Assembly (NCBI GenBank): GCA_951406725.2
Contig: OX597825.1
Location: forward strand, 67,642,001-67,706,000
DNA: 64,000 bases
Direction of reading: 5' to 3'
DNA from: Octopus vulgaris
Lineage: Eukaryota
Shown in pieces: positions 39,511 to 53,771 of the stretch. The translations under genes were made by a program, and so were the position numbers. Within the stretch, counting starts at the first letter, position 1; every line of letters starts with the position of its first letter. Below the pieces are notes generated by a model that ran no database searches, was not told the DNA's origin, and was given only the letters and a program-made list of their open reading frames with translations.

Positions 39511-40380
39511 ACATGTAAGTATTTTTAAACTATCGATGGGATAGAATATTCAAAGGCTCAGTAATGTCTAATATAAAAGTTTACATGTTAATATATTTAT
39601 TTTTTCCTTGGTACTTGCCTTAAAATGCGTTAGGAATCTAGTAACAAACTATCGAGAAAAGTATAGTTTGGTATGCTTGGAGACATTTCGAAAATTAATT
39701 TAAGAAAATTCCTTTTATCAAGCATAAATGCATATTCTGTGGTTTAACAGAAATCCTTGTTTAACGAAATACTTTGCTTGGAAATTCGAAATGCCACAAG
39801 AGTTACGAACATGGAAAACCATTAAGCACAATAATCACCCAATTCCAATTTAAGATTAAGAAAATGTTTACAGTATTTGACCTAGCTTTGAAGCTCCACC
39901 AGATTCGATAATCTACGAACCATTCTTGCATTGGAACTATTTCAATTGATTGTATTCTTTTTCTCATAATCTGGTACCCATGTTTCAATGAGTAAAAGGA
40001 TTTATATTTCTTAAATATATATATAAATTGTAAAATAAAATAAATCCATATGAATAAAGTTAATCCTTGTTCAGTAAGTACTCGAGGATGCATCTGTGAT
40101 GTTTAGTTATAAATTTTACTGTAGGCGGATTGTAGACAAGGAGATTTTACTAGATATAAAGATGGACAAATCCATGATTAATGTGCTTCTAAGATGCAAC
40201 AAAAGATTTATCATTCGGATGTCCAGTGTTTTGTAACCTCTTACGACCGGTGCAACATTCGTTGTTTCTGTAACTACGGCAAGCAAGCATTGAATGCCTC
40301 AATGCTGCTACTTCTAAACGAGTCCTACGAACTGCTAAAATACGCCGCAATAGTCGACAAAAGTATCGTAAATTCCACTT

Positions 40381-40979
40381 TTTTCATCATTCACGAACGA
40401 ATACTTCGTGACCAGCATTAATTACGGTCATTTATAAATGTTGGATTCAAAAGGAAGCTGAAACGCACTTCAATTATCTGGGGTACAATTACAGATCTAC
40501 TAAAATATAGAGCATCTCTCAATATATCTAGAGCCTGGAGCAGGTGAAATATTCACTATTAAACTAACTAATACTGGATATATTATATGAAAACGAAGTA
40601 TGGGGTTGTACCTCTATAATTTGCTGGGTTATTGTAATCGATCACTTACGCAACTGCATTCTTCCTAACAACCATGAAATCTCATAACCCTGAACTGATT
40701 CAAGAAATAATCGATTGATGGATTTAAATCGCATCATTTATTATGGTTCGGATTTGATGCTAAAGCATTGGACATGCATTTTCCCTACAGGTTGCTGTAA
40801 GCAAAAAAAAATTTTACGTAAGCCTAACGTTTTCATCATTCACGAACGAATACTTCGTGACCAGCATTAATTACTGTCATTTGTAAATGCTGGATTCAAA
40901 AGGGAGCTGAAACGCACTTCAATTATCTGGGGTACAATTACAGATCTACTAAAATATAGAGCATCTCTCAATGTATCTA
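40381..40979. repeat. 150-bp direct duplication (40381-40530, 40830-40979)
   Basis: Near-identical copies, about 5 substitutions. Confidence 0.92.
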
Positions 40980-41226
40980 AAGAGATGCCGCTTGTTTAAA
41001 TTTCGTTCCAGGCTATAGAGATATTTGACTGTAAATTACAGCTGATAAAAATTAAAGTACATTTCTAAAAGGCTCGTCATATTAACATGTTGCGATATAT
41101 AACGTAATTAATTTTGAATCAATGATTCGATGATACCGATATTCGACAGAGCATTCATTTACGTTCCATTTTATAATCAGCTTTTCAATTGTGTATCCCT
41201 ATAACAAGTCATTTACACGTGTATAA

Positions 41227-41295
<69 letters not shown>

Positions 41296-41450
41296 CGCGC
41301 GTATGTGTGTTTGTGCGTTCACTATATATGCTAGCATACGCGTGTCGTCAAATATGCTGGCAGTTTTATTGTTACGACAAATGTCGGTAGAAGATTCTTG
41401 CCCCTGGTAGATATTTACCTTCTGATATTCCATATAATAAATAAATAAAT

Positions 41451-41586
41451 GCGCCCTTTTAAAGCCTAGCCAGGCTCATGGGCTCGGTTTCCCGGTTTCT
41501 ATGGCGTATGTGTTCCCCAGCTGGACGGGACGCCAGTCCATCGCAGCGATACTCATTTTTGCCAGCTGAACGGACTGGAGCAACGC
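41451..41586 (-). mobile_element. SINE group C, 3' part (tail T2)
   Basis: Matches 20468-20604. Confidence 0.9.
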
Positions 41587-43335
41587 TTGAAAGAGCACTT
41601 CTCGAGTCTTCTCAACCAAGACTTCAACGCGGCGGAAAATTTCTTGAAAAACGTATACATGCATCCAAATTGGCACTGGACGAACACACCCACATCCTAC
41701 GAAGAGTACCAGATTGCCCTCAACCGCATAAAGCATCAGAAGTCCCCTGGCCCAGACAACATCCCAGAGGAACTTCTAAAACATGTTGGACTACTATTAA
41801 ACACTAGTCTGTTAACATTGATTCTCCGAATGTGGAAGAACCGCCATGTTCCCAAAGACCTCAAAGATGCTGTTATCATCACCATCTTCAAAACAAAAAG
41901 AGATAGAAAGATCTGTGGGAATTATCGTGACATATCACTGCTCTCCACCGCAGGGAAACTCTTTGGAAGGCTCCTTCTGGATCAATTCCAAGTCATCGCG
42001 GAGGATGTCCTACATGAATCGTGATGTGGATTTCGATCATCCAGAGGGACAACTGACATGATCTTTTATGCTCGACAAATACAAGAAAAGTGTAGAGAAC
42101 AACAAAAACCTCTCAATTTTGTTCTTTACGACCTCAAAAAGGCCTTTGATACCGTCTCAAGGCATCTAATGTGGAACGTCCTCCGACACTTTAGCTGCCC
42201 CGATCAGTTCATTTCCCTGATACAGGGATTACATGACGATATGACTGGAACCATCTTCCATCACTGGAGGATTAAAAAGAAAAGAATGTGTTTTGGCCCC
42301 GACCTTCTTTTGTCTGTACCTTGCAGCAATGTTTCATGAATCGACAATCCAGGAGTCAACATTAGGTACTGATATGACGGGGGATGTTTCAACCTTGCCA
42401 GATTGAAGTCACGAAGACTAACCAAGAAGTAAAAGATCATTGAACTTCAGTATGCCGATGACAACGCAGCCGTCTGCCACTCCGGTGAACAGCTTCAATA
42501 ATTGGTGAATAACTTTACCAATGCTTACACTCGGTTTGGCCTAAAAGTCAGCATCAAAAAGACAAAAATCCTGGTACAACCCGATCTAAGTCAAGAAACT
42601 CCAGACCTCAATATTACCATCTCGGAAACGCCACTGGAGAAAGTCGACCACTTTTCATACTTAGAAAGTTTGCTTTCGAACAAGTGCACATCGGAAAAGA
42701 ATGTGGAAAACCGATAAAGAGCGGCTCACACCGCGTTTGGTGGATTCGTGGAAAGGTCTTTAATTACAAAGATATGAACCACCAAATAAAATGGAGTGTC
42801 TACCAAGCAGTCGTGATCACTCCCCTCTACGATTGGGAAACCTGGACTCTTTACCGAAGTGACGTCAAAAAACTAGAGCGATTTCATCAACAGAAGCTCT
42901 ACTCTATTAATGAATATCAAATGGAATGACTATGTAACTGATGTCTCCATGCTGGAGAGAACGAAAAGCAGCAGCATCGAGGCCACCATCCTGAAACATC
43001 GTCTGAGACAGGCGGACCACGTAGCAAGAATGAAATAGACTAGGTTGCCTCGTCAAATTTTATATAGGGAACTTTCCACCGGAAGGACCAGCTGGGACAT
43101 TGAAGCTCAGGAGAGGCCCGGCTGGCATCATTACTGTAACAAATCATTTTGAAACTTATCGATATAGGAAAGAAGAGAAACGAAAATAAAAAAATGGAGG
43201 CTGCAACAAAGAAACGAGAAGAAAGAAAATGGAGGCTGCAACAACCAAAGCCACCATCATGGAACCCTTGTGAACTTTGCAACAGACGCTTCCATGCAAG
43301 AATCTGCCTCTTTAGTCATCAGAGGCATAAAATCG
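41587..43335 (+). mobile_element. RTE-clade (BovB-like) LINE, 5'-truncated reverse transcriptase pseudogene
   Basis: KSPGPDNIP, GNYRDISLLSTAGK, CGFRSSRGTTDMIF, DLKKAFDTV, LQYADD and C-terminal CELCNRRFHARICLFSHQRH; several stops and frameshifts. Confidence 0.93.
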
Positions 43336-43356
43336 GACAGAGGGGAAGAAGCGGCA

Positions 43357-43433
43357 AAGTACCACGTAGTGAGACTGAATCCGGAACCATGTGGTTAGGA
43401 AGCAAGCCTGTCACCACACAGCCACGCCTGCGC
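43357..43433 (-). mobile_element. SINE group A 5' fragment
   Basis: CCGGAACCATGTGGTT...CCACACAGCCACGCCTGCGCC. Confidence 0.85.
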
Positions 43434-44654
43434 CAATACACAGCCATACCTGAGCTTATGTTTGTGGGGATTAGTGAAAGAGCTTGGCAATTACAAAAAT
43501 TATCTTGTATTCATTCTTTATATCTTGTCATTTGATATTGGCTAAATATGGTTTATGTAAATAGGTTCCCTATATCTTATTCTCCAGTAATATTGAATTT
43601 AATTATAATCTGTTATCTCATTATTGAATATCCAGACACTATAATCTTTAACCAGATTAAAATCGTAAACAATATCAAAAGACATTTACAATAACTCAAG
43701 TTATTCTAGAGTTATTTAGCGTGTATCTTTGTTTTTGTTTTTTATTTTGTTTTTCGGGTTTATAGTAAAGTTAAATGAGTTACTGTTTACATAATAACAT
43801 TGTGATCAAGAATTTTACCCTTTTTTACCATAGATTAATACCATCGTAAAAATATTGAAATATTATTTTTGATGTGGAAATATGAAATAAATTTACATTA
43901 TATTTTCGTTCTATTACTAACTTTATTTGTTACATTACGTAATAAATTTAGCAATACCATTAAGTGACATTACTAACTTCATTACATTACTAACTTTATA
44001 GACAAATTATTAAATAATAGTTTTTAAAAAAACTATTATAATTTACTAGTTTTTCATCTTAATAACTGATAGTCTCGTAGTTTCGAAAAAAACTAAAAAA
44101 AAGCATCTTTCATTTTGCAATAAAATACAAATTACACGATGTGAATGGAATGTACATCAACTCAATATCAAATTAAAATGAAAGCGAAGCGACGGAATCG
44201 CTAGGTCGTTAGATAAAATCTGATTTGTATTTGTGCTGAGTTCAAATTTCACTGGTGACAACTAACTTTACCTTTCGTCCTTCAGGGGTCAATAAAATAA
44301 AATGTCGACCAACCATTGTGCTCGATCTTTCGCCTCGCAACAAAAATTTAGAGTTATTGGCACACCAACCAGTATTTTGGGTTTTTTTAATTTCTGAGTT
44401 CAAATCCCTTGAAGGTACATATTGCTTTTCATCCTTCCAGGATCAATAAAACATGATACCACTAGAGTACACGGACCAAACCAATCCATTACCTCCTGGT
44501 GTCATACTTGTGGCCTTGTGCTTACGTTTAAATTGATACGAAATTTCATCATTGAATATATGTTAAAAAGAAAATATATTTTATGGAATGATATAAAATC
44601 AAAACAATAATATTGCCTGTATGTTAGTTTCTAAAACGGAAGGGACCAAATGAG

Positions 44655-44865
44655 GGTAGACCTTCAATTTCATGTTTTGCGTCTTTGCCAATAATGTAAA
44701 TATAATTGAGCAGTCTTCTTCTTCCATTAGAATGTTGATGTTTCTCGAATATAATAGTTTATATGGCCTATTGTTCAGCACTGTAGCAATTGTCAACAAA
44801 GCCTATAGCGGGTTGGCCAATGATAATGGACATAGAAGGAATGAGTCGATAAATCTTCTCTTCGA
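44655..44865 (-). mobile_element. Old RTE-like LINE 3' fragment
   Basis: Homologous to 45225-45660 (TCTTCTTC..., CAACAAAGCCTA..GGGTTG.CCAAT). Confidence 0.55.
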
Positions 44866-45224
44866 CCAAATTACTTATTTGTCGAAAGTTTAGTTGTTTA
44901 ATTGTTATATAGATGAGATAAATTATGCTTAACTTCGTGGATCAGGGGTTTCCAAAGATTTTTATAGATGTAAATATATCAGTCTAAAAGAGAAATCACA
45001 TAATGCATTTGGCTTGCTAAGAAACTTCCTCGACTTCACGTAAAACTAAATAGTATATTACAGTTGCCTCGATAATAATTCGATGTTAGCACCGATTGGG
45101 CGGAGGACGGACATAATCAATAGAATAGATATCAATATATTCTTCATCAAGTGGCAACAACATAGATGCGCTTCACAGTGCCGACCCGAGGATCTCTCTC
45201 TCTCTCTCTCCCTCCCCACTTAGC

Positions 45225-45660
45225 TTTCATAGATCTTTGATTTCATATTTTCGGTTTGTTTACGGCATTCCAAAATCTATGATCTAGTCCTAGGGTTTCA
45301 AATTCAAACTCTACCAACGGTAGTAATTCGAAATATTAATAATATCAGTGTAATCTAACTGGCTTCTTCTTCTATTAGTGTGTAGAATTCTCCAAAATAT
45401 AACATCTAGTATCGCTAAATGTTCCGCATCATAGTAGAGGCCAACAAAGCCTACCGTGGGTTGACCAATAATGGCCGTGATGTGTCCATAAATATTTTCC
45501 TTTATCTTGTTCTCATACCATTAAATGTTGTCAGCTCTCGTGAGAACCCAGCTGTACGTAACATCTTAAAGTTTCTTCATAGCCCAGGTTTGGGCTTCAT
45601 AGAAGATACCCTGAAAAAGGCTATCCTTGTTGAGTTCGAGTTACTTAACAATAATTATGT
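45225..45660 (-). mobile_element. Old RTE/RTE-X-like LINE 3' fragment
   Basis: Minus strand YEAQTWAMKKL*DVTYSWVL...NI*W...IYG...FVG...IFW...LDYTDII resembles the YGSETW..DGTYT..W..IYG..FAGH C-terminus; a third piece lies at 48105-48186. Confidence 0.65.
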
Positions 45661-45667
45661 ACTCATA

Positions 45668-46067
45668 GGCGTAGGAGTGGCTGTGTGGTAAGTAGCTTCA
45701 TTACCAACCACATGGTTCCGGGTTCAGTCCCACTGTGTGGTACCTTGGGTAAGTATCTTCTACTATAGCCTCGAGCCAACCAAAGCCTTGTGAGTGGATT
45801 TGGTAGACAGAAACTGAAGGAAGCCTGTCGTATATATGTATGTATATATATATATGTATGTGTGTGTATATGTTTGTCCCAACACTGCTTGACAACCGAT
45901 GCTGGTGTCTTTACGTCCCCGTAACTTAGCGGTTCAGGAAAAGAGCCCGATAGAATAAGTACTAGGCTTACAAAGAATAAGTCCTGGGTTCGATTTGCTC
46001 GACTAAGCGGTGGTGCTCCAGCATGTCCGCAGTCAAATGACAGAAACAGGTAAAAGAGTAAAGAGAG
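45668..46067 (+). mobile_element. SINE group A, full length
   Basis: tRNA-like head, internal microsatellite, GTAAAAGAG tail. Confidence 0.93.
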
Positions 46068-46747
46068 AATAGTAATTTGTTCCGACGATAGCACGCAACT
46101 CAAGAAAGATGAGTGACATCAAGTCATTTAAACCCTGAACTTCAAACAGATAGCAGCTCAGTCTGAACCAGCCTAGACTCACCTAAAAGGCCTGTCGCAA
46201 GCTTCCACTCATCTGATAATGAAGTACTTCAAAATTAGCATAATATTAGTCGTATACTGGATAATAGGCTTTTCATAGCTAGATAGAACTACTAAAGTAT
46301 CGCAAGGAGAATCCATTTAATCATAAGTTTGAACGGATCGATGAGGGCTCGCCTCGAGTTAAACAATGACAAATGCATTTGCATTAGGAATTTGATGATG
46401 TCGTCTTCGATTAAAATAATGAGCTTCTAAAAACATGATATAATGTTAGCTGAAGTTGAAATATTTGCCAGGAGGTATATCCTGAATGTCGTTCAATAAA
46501 AAAGAATTATTTCAATTAATGTTTCAGAGCAGATATTTTCTTAAAAAATTATATAATTACATTTAATCTAAACAAGAAGTTAAAAGTGTTTCTTAGTAGT
46601 TTCGTATCTGATAGACAGACACACAGACAGACGCACAGACGGACGGACAGATAGACAGACGGATAGATGGATGGACGGATGGATAGATGGATGGAATATA
46701 TGTATGTATGTATGTATGTATGCATGTATGTAATATTGTATAATGGA

Positions 46748-46982
46748 AAGGCGGCGAGCTGGCAGAAACGTTAGCACGCCGGGCGAAATGCGAAGTCGTA
46801 TTTCGTCTGCCGTTACGTTCTGAGTTCAAATTCCGCCGAGGTTGACTTTGCCTTTCATCCTTTCGGGGTCGATAAATTAAGTACCAGTTACGCACTGGGG
46901 TCGATGGAATCGACTTAATCCGTTTGTCTGTCCTTGTTTGTCCCCTCTGTGTTTAGCCCCTTGTGGGTAGTAAAGAAAGAAA
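46748..46982 (+). mobile_element. SINE group B, young, with a perfect 17-bp TSD
   Basis: AATATTGTATAATGGAA at 46732-46748 and 46981-46997. Confidence 0.95.
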
Positions 46983-47394
46983 TATTGTATAATGGAATCC
47001 GGATTGAAAATAGGCACACAAAAGGCACACAAGGAAGCACAAATATTTTGAATTGAAAAACTAATGTTGATATGCTAGGTATGAAGTGGGAAAAAAAGAG
47101 ACGTGTTTGGATGGTGGTGGTAACTTCATACAAGTAAACTTCACTAAAATTAAATTATGCACATACACGTAAAAATGCACGCATACATATATATATACTC
47201 ACACATATACATGTGTGTGAGCACATGTCTGTGTGTGTGTGTGTGTGTTTTGCCTATACTATCGATTGAAACATTTCTGGAATATATATTCTTATAATAT
47301 TGTTGCACTTTGGGAATTTTTATTGAGCATATTTATTGGTATTATGACCTTCCCAGAATAAAAGAATGAGATTATACTCACACACACACGTGTG

Positions 47395-47434
<40 letters not shown>

Positions 47435-47465
47435 CATACATACATACATACATACATACATGCCT

Positions 47466-47511
<46 letters not shown>

Positions 47512-48657
47512 TCATATATATATATGTGTGTGTGTGTGTATGTACGTGTGAGAGAGAGGGCGAGAGAGACAGTAAGAGATGGTATGGAATTTTTTAAACA
47601 ATTTTAGCAGGCAATAAATGGAAGATGATCTAACGTAGCGTTATGCAACATGCACCAAAATAGTTGCTTGCTTATTTACTTTTTTTCAGACATATCGACA
47701 ATACCAATATGACAGATATCAATTTAACACAGAAAATAGAAAAAAAACACGATGTGCGTAAAACATTTCCACTTTATTGTTTTATTCCTTGTCTATACAT
47801 ATGCTCTGTTGTTAAAACATAGATGCTGACATCGAATCTTCTTTGTACTCTCGTCGGTGCTCTTACACTACGATACATTTCTCCTTTTTTCCTTTTGTGG
47901 TGTTTTCCCTGTGCAGCTCTTCCATCATCGGCACGTGGCATAATTTTGGGCCAGATTTGCACTTCACTTGTTTGTTGGTGCTGGAAGCGCTGCAAAAATC
48001 TGCTGTTTGTATCGGTGGGTTGGCGGATCGATTTTCAAACCTACTAATTAGTGATTTATTAATGGCTTTTCATATCTTTTTCTATATTTTCAATTATAAG
48101 CTTTGTTTTGTTGACGGCATTCCAAAATCTGTGATCTAGTCCTATGTTTTCAGATTCAAACCCTACTAACGGTAGTAATTCGAAAATAGCAGAACACCAA
48201 TGAGTCATGACTTAAGTGTCTTTGGGTCCCTTAGAGTGTCAGGAACTGACGGGCCGAAGCGCCTGACGAGAGTTCTTCCTCTGAAGATTTCTCAACCCAT
48301 AACGTGCATCCACTTAGCCACCGCTCTCGTATATAGCGTCAATTGAAATTTGTCATCATTTAAATCCGCCTTGTCTACTGTGATTTTATTTAAAATTTCC
48401 CTTGTTGATATAATGAAGAAATATGTACCGGCACAGAAAACGTACCACATTCATGTCGTAGCAGCTGTTTCCAGGATATTTATTAATTATATCCCTACAT
48501 AAGAGACGGTGTGAGCGGATGGTTAAGTAATAGTTAGTTTAGATAGGATACAAAATTGAGAGTAAGGTAGAGGAAAGAAAATAGATGTGAGATATGCAGG
48601 GATATTGAAATTGTAGATCCATTTTTTAGGTAGAATTATATATATATATGTAAACTT

Positions 48658-48698
<41 letters not shown>

Positions 48699-49051
48699 TA
48701 TAAATATATATAAAATTAAAAATTAGCACTAAGCTTAAGCACGCACGAAGCATCACCGTGTTTAGAAATAGGAGTTAGAATCCCAAATCCACCACCGAAA
48801 GCGTCGAAATGTGACAGAGGCCACAGTAGGCGAGCGAACGGTTAAAGAATTAAACAATTAAAAATATACCATTATGCCTTCTGCGTCCTTAAGCTGAGTG
48901 CTGATTTTAAAATTCATTGTATTCCTGTATAATGCTGTTTAAAAACCTGGAAACACCTATATTATCATTGTTATTATTATAAATTACATATATTCACCAC
49001 AGACAATATTAACAATAATATCTTTCTTCGAGTGTTTACATTCAAATTTTA

Positions 49052-49130
<79 letters not shown>

Positions 49131-49268
49131 ATATATACATATATATATATATATATATCTTATACACATATGTATATATATGTACATATATACATATTTA
49201 TACATATGTATAAATATATATACATATATATATATATGTATATGTGTGTACATATATACACATATATA

Positions 49269-49324
<56 letters not shown>

Positions 49325-49715
49325 TACGTGTACACCTATGTATTTCTGTTGAGTAAATTGGAATTTATATATCGACGAAAGTGCAGAGTTACATCCTGAT
49401 GCTTTTAAAAAACCATTTCGCTATGTTCTCCACTGTTTCACGAACGGATGGTGGAAAGTACAAGCACGTCTGTTTGTGCAAATAGGAATAATACTATGAT
49501 ATATTATCGATCAACACCAAGCATTTTAATATAAACAATATCTGATACATTATAAAATGTGAGATGGAAATAGAACAATAGTTGTACATTTTCCTCATGA
49601 AAAGAAATCAAATCCTTTTCTTTTTCGTTCTCCATCGAAAATTGCTGTTCGCAAATATCTCCTATCTATCAGATACAAACACGCGCAATGCAATTATACA
49701 CGCACATACACACAT

Positions 49716-49768
<53 letters not shown>

Positions 49769-49770
49769 TA

Positions 49771-50062
49771 AGGCGCATGGTTCAGTGGTTAGAGCGTCGA
49801 ACTTAAGATCGTAAGTTCGAATCCTGGACCGGGCTGCGTGATGTGCTCTTGAGCAAGACACTTTATTTCACGTTGCTCCAATTCACTCAGCTGTAGAAAT
49901 TAGTTACGACGTCACAGATGCCAAGCTGTATCGGCCGTTGTCCTTCCCTTGGTGGCGTGGAGAGGAGAGGCCGGTATGCATGGGCGACTGTTGGTCCTCC
50001 ATAAACAACCTTGCCTGGACTTGTGCCTGGGAGGGTAACTTTCTAGGTGCAGTCCCACAGTC
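49771..50062 (+). mobile_element. SINE group C (head 2 plus tail T3)
   Basis: A and B boxes; tail shared with 63365-63699. Confidence 0.88.
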
Positions 50063-50094
50063 AGTCTCAATGTATATATATATATATATATATA

Positions 50095-51018
50095 TACTGG
50101 GTTATTCCATAAATGATGCGGTTCTTTCAATTGCATGAACTAAAAACCAGAAAGGAGCGGGATAAACTACCTGCATCAAGTTGCTATAAAAGCAGGTAGT
50201 AATTTTACCTTGGACTTATTCTTAGTGCAAGTTTTGAAGAGTGCAGTTCAATTTTAACAGTCATTTTTTCAAAGCTATAATGGAAGTGTCAAAGCAGCAT
50301 ATTCGGCATTTTTACTTTATAAGTTCAATAAAGGCAACAACGCACCGGAAAGTGCGAGGAATATTAATGCAGTATATGGGGATCGGACAATAAGCATAAG
50401 CCAGTGTCAACAGTGGTTCCAGAAATTCCAAACCGGAAACTTCAGCCTAGAAGACGAACCTCGTCCTGGAAGGTTTGTAGAGCTCGTCGAGGACGTCCTG
50501 CAAACAGTGGAGGAACAAAGCCCCATCGTAACTGTTTAGAAACTAGTAGAGAAGCTTGAATTTGGTCAGTCAACCAGTTATTCAAGCCAGTGCTAGAAGA
50601 AAAGCCACCATCTTTGGTTTCAAGGCGAAAGGTGTTCTATCAGGATAATACTCAGCAACATACAGCGAAGATAACATTCCAAAATCTGGAGCAGTTTGAA
50701 TGGTAAGCGATGCCACACTCACCATATTCGCCGGACATTGCCCCATCTGATTACCATTTATTCCGCAGTTTTCAAAATCATTCGGACAGAAAAAATATGA
50801 ATTCTGTACACGAGGTTAGAACAGAACTCGAGGAGTTTTTTTCGTCACAGACAAGAGAATTGTAGAAGAGGGACCTTGCAAGTCTACCAGATAGATGAAA
50901 AAGCATTATAGAAAATATAGGAGTGTCTATTTTAGATTTAAAAAGAATTTGTTTATCTCAAGTTTGAACAATAAAAGAAGTATAATAAAAACCTCATTAT
51001 TTATGGGCTGGCCCAATA
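50095..51018 (+). mobile_element. Internally deleted mariner element
   Basis: TIRs TACTGGGTTATTCCATAAATGATG / CATTATTTATGGGCTGGCCCAATA; MEVSKQHIRH from 50280 and PYSPDIAPSDYHLF; WVPHEL segment missing. Confidence 0.9.
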
Positions 51019-51049
51019 TATACATAACACACATACATAGAAACAAGCT

Positions 51050-51101
51050 TCTATATATAGATATATATATCAAAATGCATTCGATTGTGTGTAAATATAT
51101 A

Positions 51102-51162
<61 letters not shown>

Positions 51163-51209
51163 ATATATAGACATATATATATGTATAGATATAGATATAT
51201 ATATACAGG

Positions 51210-51243
<34 letters not shown>

Positions 51244-51383
51244 AAAGCATTATACGACATGCATACATATATCATGCGTAGACGCAAATATGGATACGTG
51301 CCCACATACATTACATTTATACCTTAATAGTACAGATATACATACGCACATATAAAGTCACATACACACATACACATACATAC

Positions 51384-51417
<34 letters not shown>

Positions 51418-51495
51418 ATGTGTTTACATGTGTGTATGTACATACATATATATATATATATATGTATGTATGTGTATGAGTGTAATGTATGCGGG

Positions 51496-51539
<44 letters not shown>

Positions 51540-52090
51540 CTTAACACATACATAGACGCAAGTATATATATGGAAATGCATTATTTTTGTGTATAAGGAT
51601 ATATATATGTTTATATGTATCTATGTATGTATGTATGTATGTATGTTTGTATGTATGTAAGTATGTATGTATGTATGAATGTATACATGTATGTATGTAT
51701 GTATGTATGTATGTATGTATGTATGTATGTATGTATGTATGTATGTATGTATGCGTGTATGTATGCATGTGTGTATACATATTTACATATACATACACAT
51801 GTACATATATATAAAAGCGTTATATGGAAATGCATTATTTTTGTGTATAAGGATATATATATGTTTATATGTATCTATGTATGTATGTATGTATGTATGT
51901 ATGTTTGTATGTATGTATGTATGTATGTATGTATGTATGTATGTATGTATGTATGTATGTATGTATGTATGTATGTATGTATGTATGTATGTATGTATGT
52001 ATGTATGTATGTATGCGTGTATGTATGTATGTGTGTATACATATTTACATATACATACACATGTACATATATATAAAAGCGTTATATGGC
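51050..52090. repeat. Microsatellite block containing a ~255-bp tandem duplication
   Basis: TATATGGAAATGCATTATTTTTGTGTATAAGG at ~51567 and ~51821. Confidence 0.9.
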
Positions 52091-52994
52091 TTGCTTAGAC
52101 ACATCATGCGTGACCCAAATATATAGATACATGCCCACATGCATTACACTCATACCTTGATACATACAGCTATACATATTCACGTATAAACATACACGCC
52201 TACATACAACAGTACATACACGCACCCAAACATACTTGTATACTTACAAACATACAAAACATAAATACGACCACCTATACAGACAGACCTGCATAGAACT
52301 CACATACACTAATGTATACATACATTCGTATATACACACTTACGTACGTGTATATAGTCAGATTGATAAGCAGACAGGCGGACAAACAGACAGACATATA
52401 CGTATTACTTAGTACATGCCAAAACTATGTCATATTTTAATGGATTTATATACACATCTCGCCCGAGTGAATACTCCAGCGGAGTAAAAAGCGACAACAG
52501 CCAGTCGACATATGGTGAAAATCTATGGCAGATCATATTTGTTCTCATGATCTGTGCTTGTGTCTTTGTGTATGTGCCTATCGATGCTTTTGTGCGTGTG
52601 TATGGAATCGACTTACAGAACGGGGAGGAAAAGCGAAAATTAGACGAGAGAGAATGGCTGATTCAAATGGAATCTCTCCATTATTCTGCTAACATGTTAG
52701 TAGCCAAACTAAGAGTAAGAAAAAGAACGAAAACAATATGACAAAAAAAAATGTTAAAATCATCCTAAAATATATATGAAATAAAAACAATGTGGTAGAG
52801 GGTGGGAGTAAACTCACTAACTCGGAATCAATAAATATTGCGTTGACTTAAGATGAATCGATCGGTGATTATTATCATGCTCAGAAAATACACAGAACAT
52901 AAAGAGCAAAAAAAGAAAAAAGAGACTGCGATGAAATACATACACAGACACAGACAGAAACGCGCACACACACACACACACACACATACACATC

Positions 52995-53245
52995 TATATG
53001 TGTATGTGCAAGTGTGTGTGCGTGTGTGCAAGTGTGCAAGTGTGTGTGTGCGTGCAAGTATGTGTGTTTGTGCAAGTGTGTGTGTATGTGCAAGTGTGTG
53101 TGCAAGTGTGTGTGTTCGTGCAATTGTGTATGTGCGCAAGTGTGTGTGTGTGTGTGTGCAAGTGTGAGTGTGGAAGTGTGTGTGCGAGTGTGTCTGTGTG
53201 CAAGTTTGTGTGTGTGCAAGTGTGTGTGTGTCTGTGCGTGTGTGT
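52995..53245. repeat. (TG)n-CAAG degenerate repeat
   Basis: Recurring TGTGCAAG. Confidence 0.9.
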
Positions 53246-53440
53246 ACATCATACTCGAATGCATATACGAATATGTGCACGAATATATATACGAATGTAT
53301 ATATACGAATGGATGTATATGTGTGAATGCATATATGCATGTATCTATATTTGTATAGATAAGCATATATATATATATATATGTATGTATATACACACAT
53401 AAGTATAAATATATGTATACATTATACGCATATATATACG

Positions 53441-53490
<50 letters not shown>

Positions 53491-53611
53491 CATACATGCG
53501 TGTTGTTTATGCAAAGAATGTTAGGATTGGCACTGCGTCTATCTACCAACGATGACAATGCTATAAACAAAAAAAAACTATACTTAGCAATATAATAACA
53601 ATCATAAAAAA

Positions 53612-53613
53612 AA

Positions 53614-53659
<46 letters not shown>

Positions 53660-53710
53660 GTAATAGTAATAGTAGTAATAGTAATAATAGTAATAATAAT
53701 AATAATAATA

Positions 53711-53758
<48 letters not shown>

Positions 53759-53771
53759 TCGATGATGATGA
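53612..53771. repeat. (AAT)n(AGT)n(GAT)n array
   Basis: Directly visible. Confidence 0.95.

Noticed and set aside
47774-48050. Possible piggyBac C-terminal remnant on the minus strand
   Set aside because: The cysteine pattern is not recoverable and no matching opposite TIR was found.
48236-48292. CTGACGA with nearby GTCAGG/CCTGAC pairing as a hammerhead or HDV ribozyme
   Set aside because: There is no GAAA box (TGAAG instead), and I could not build an HDV double pseudoknot.
52427-52741. 104-aa ORF with a hydrophobic stretch
   Set aside because: The hydrophobic part derives from TG-rich low-complexity sequence; there is no recognisable motif or splice support.
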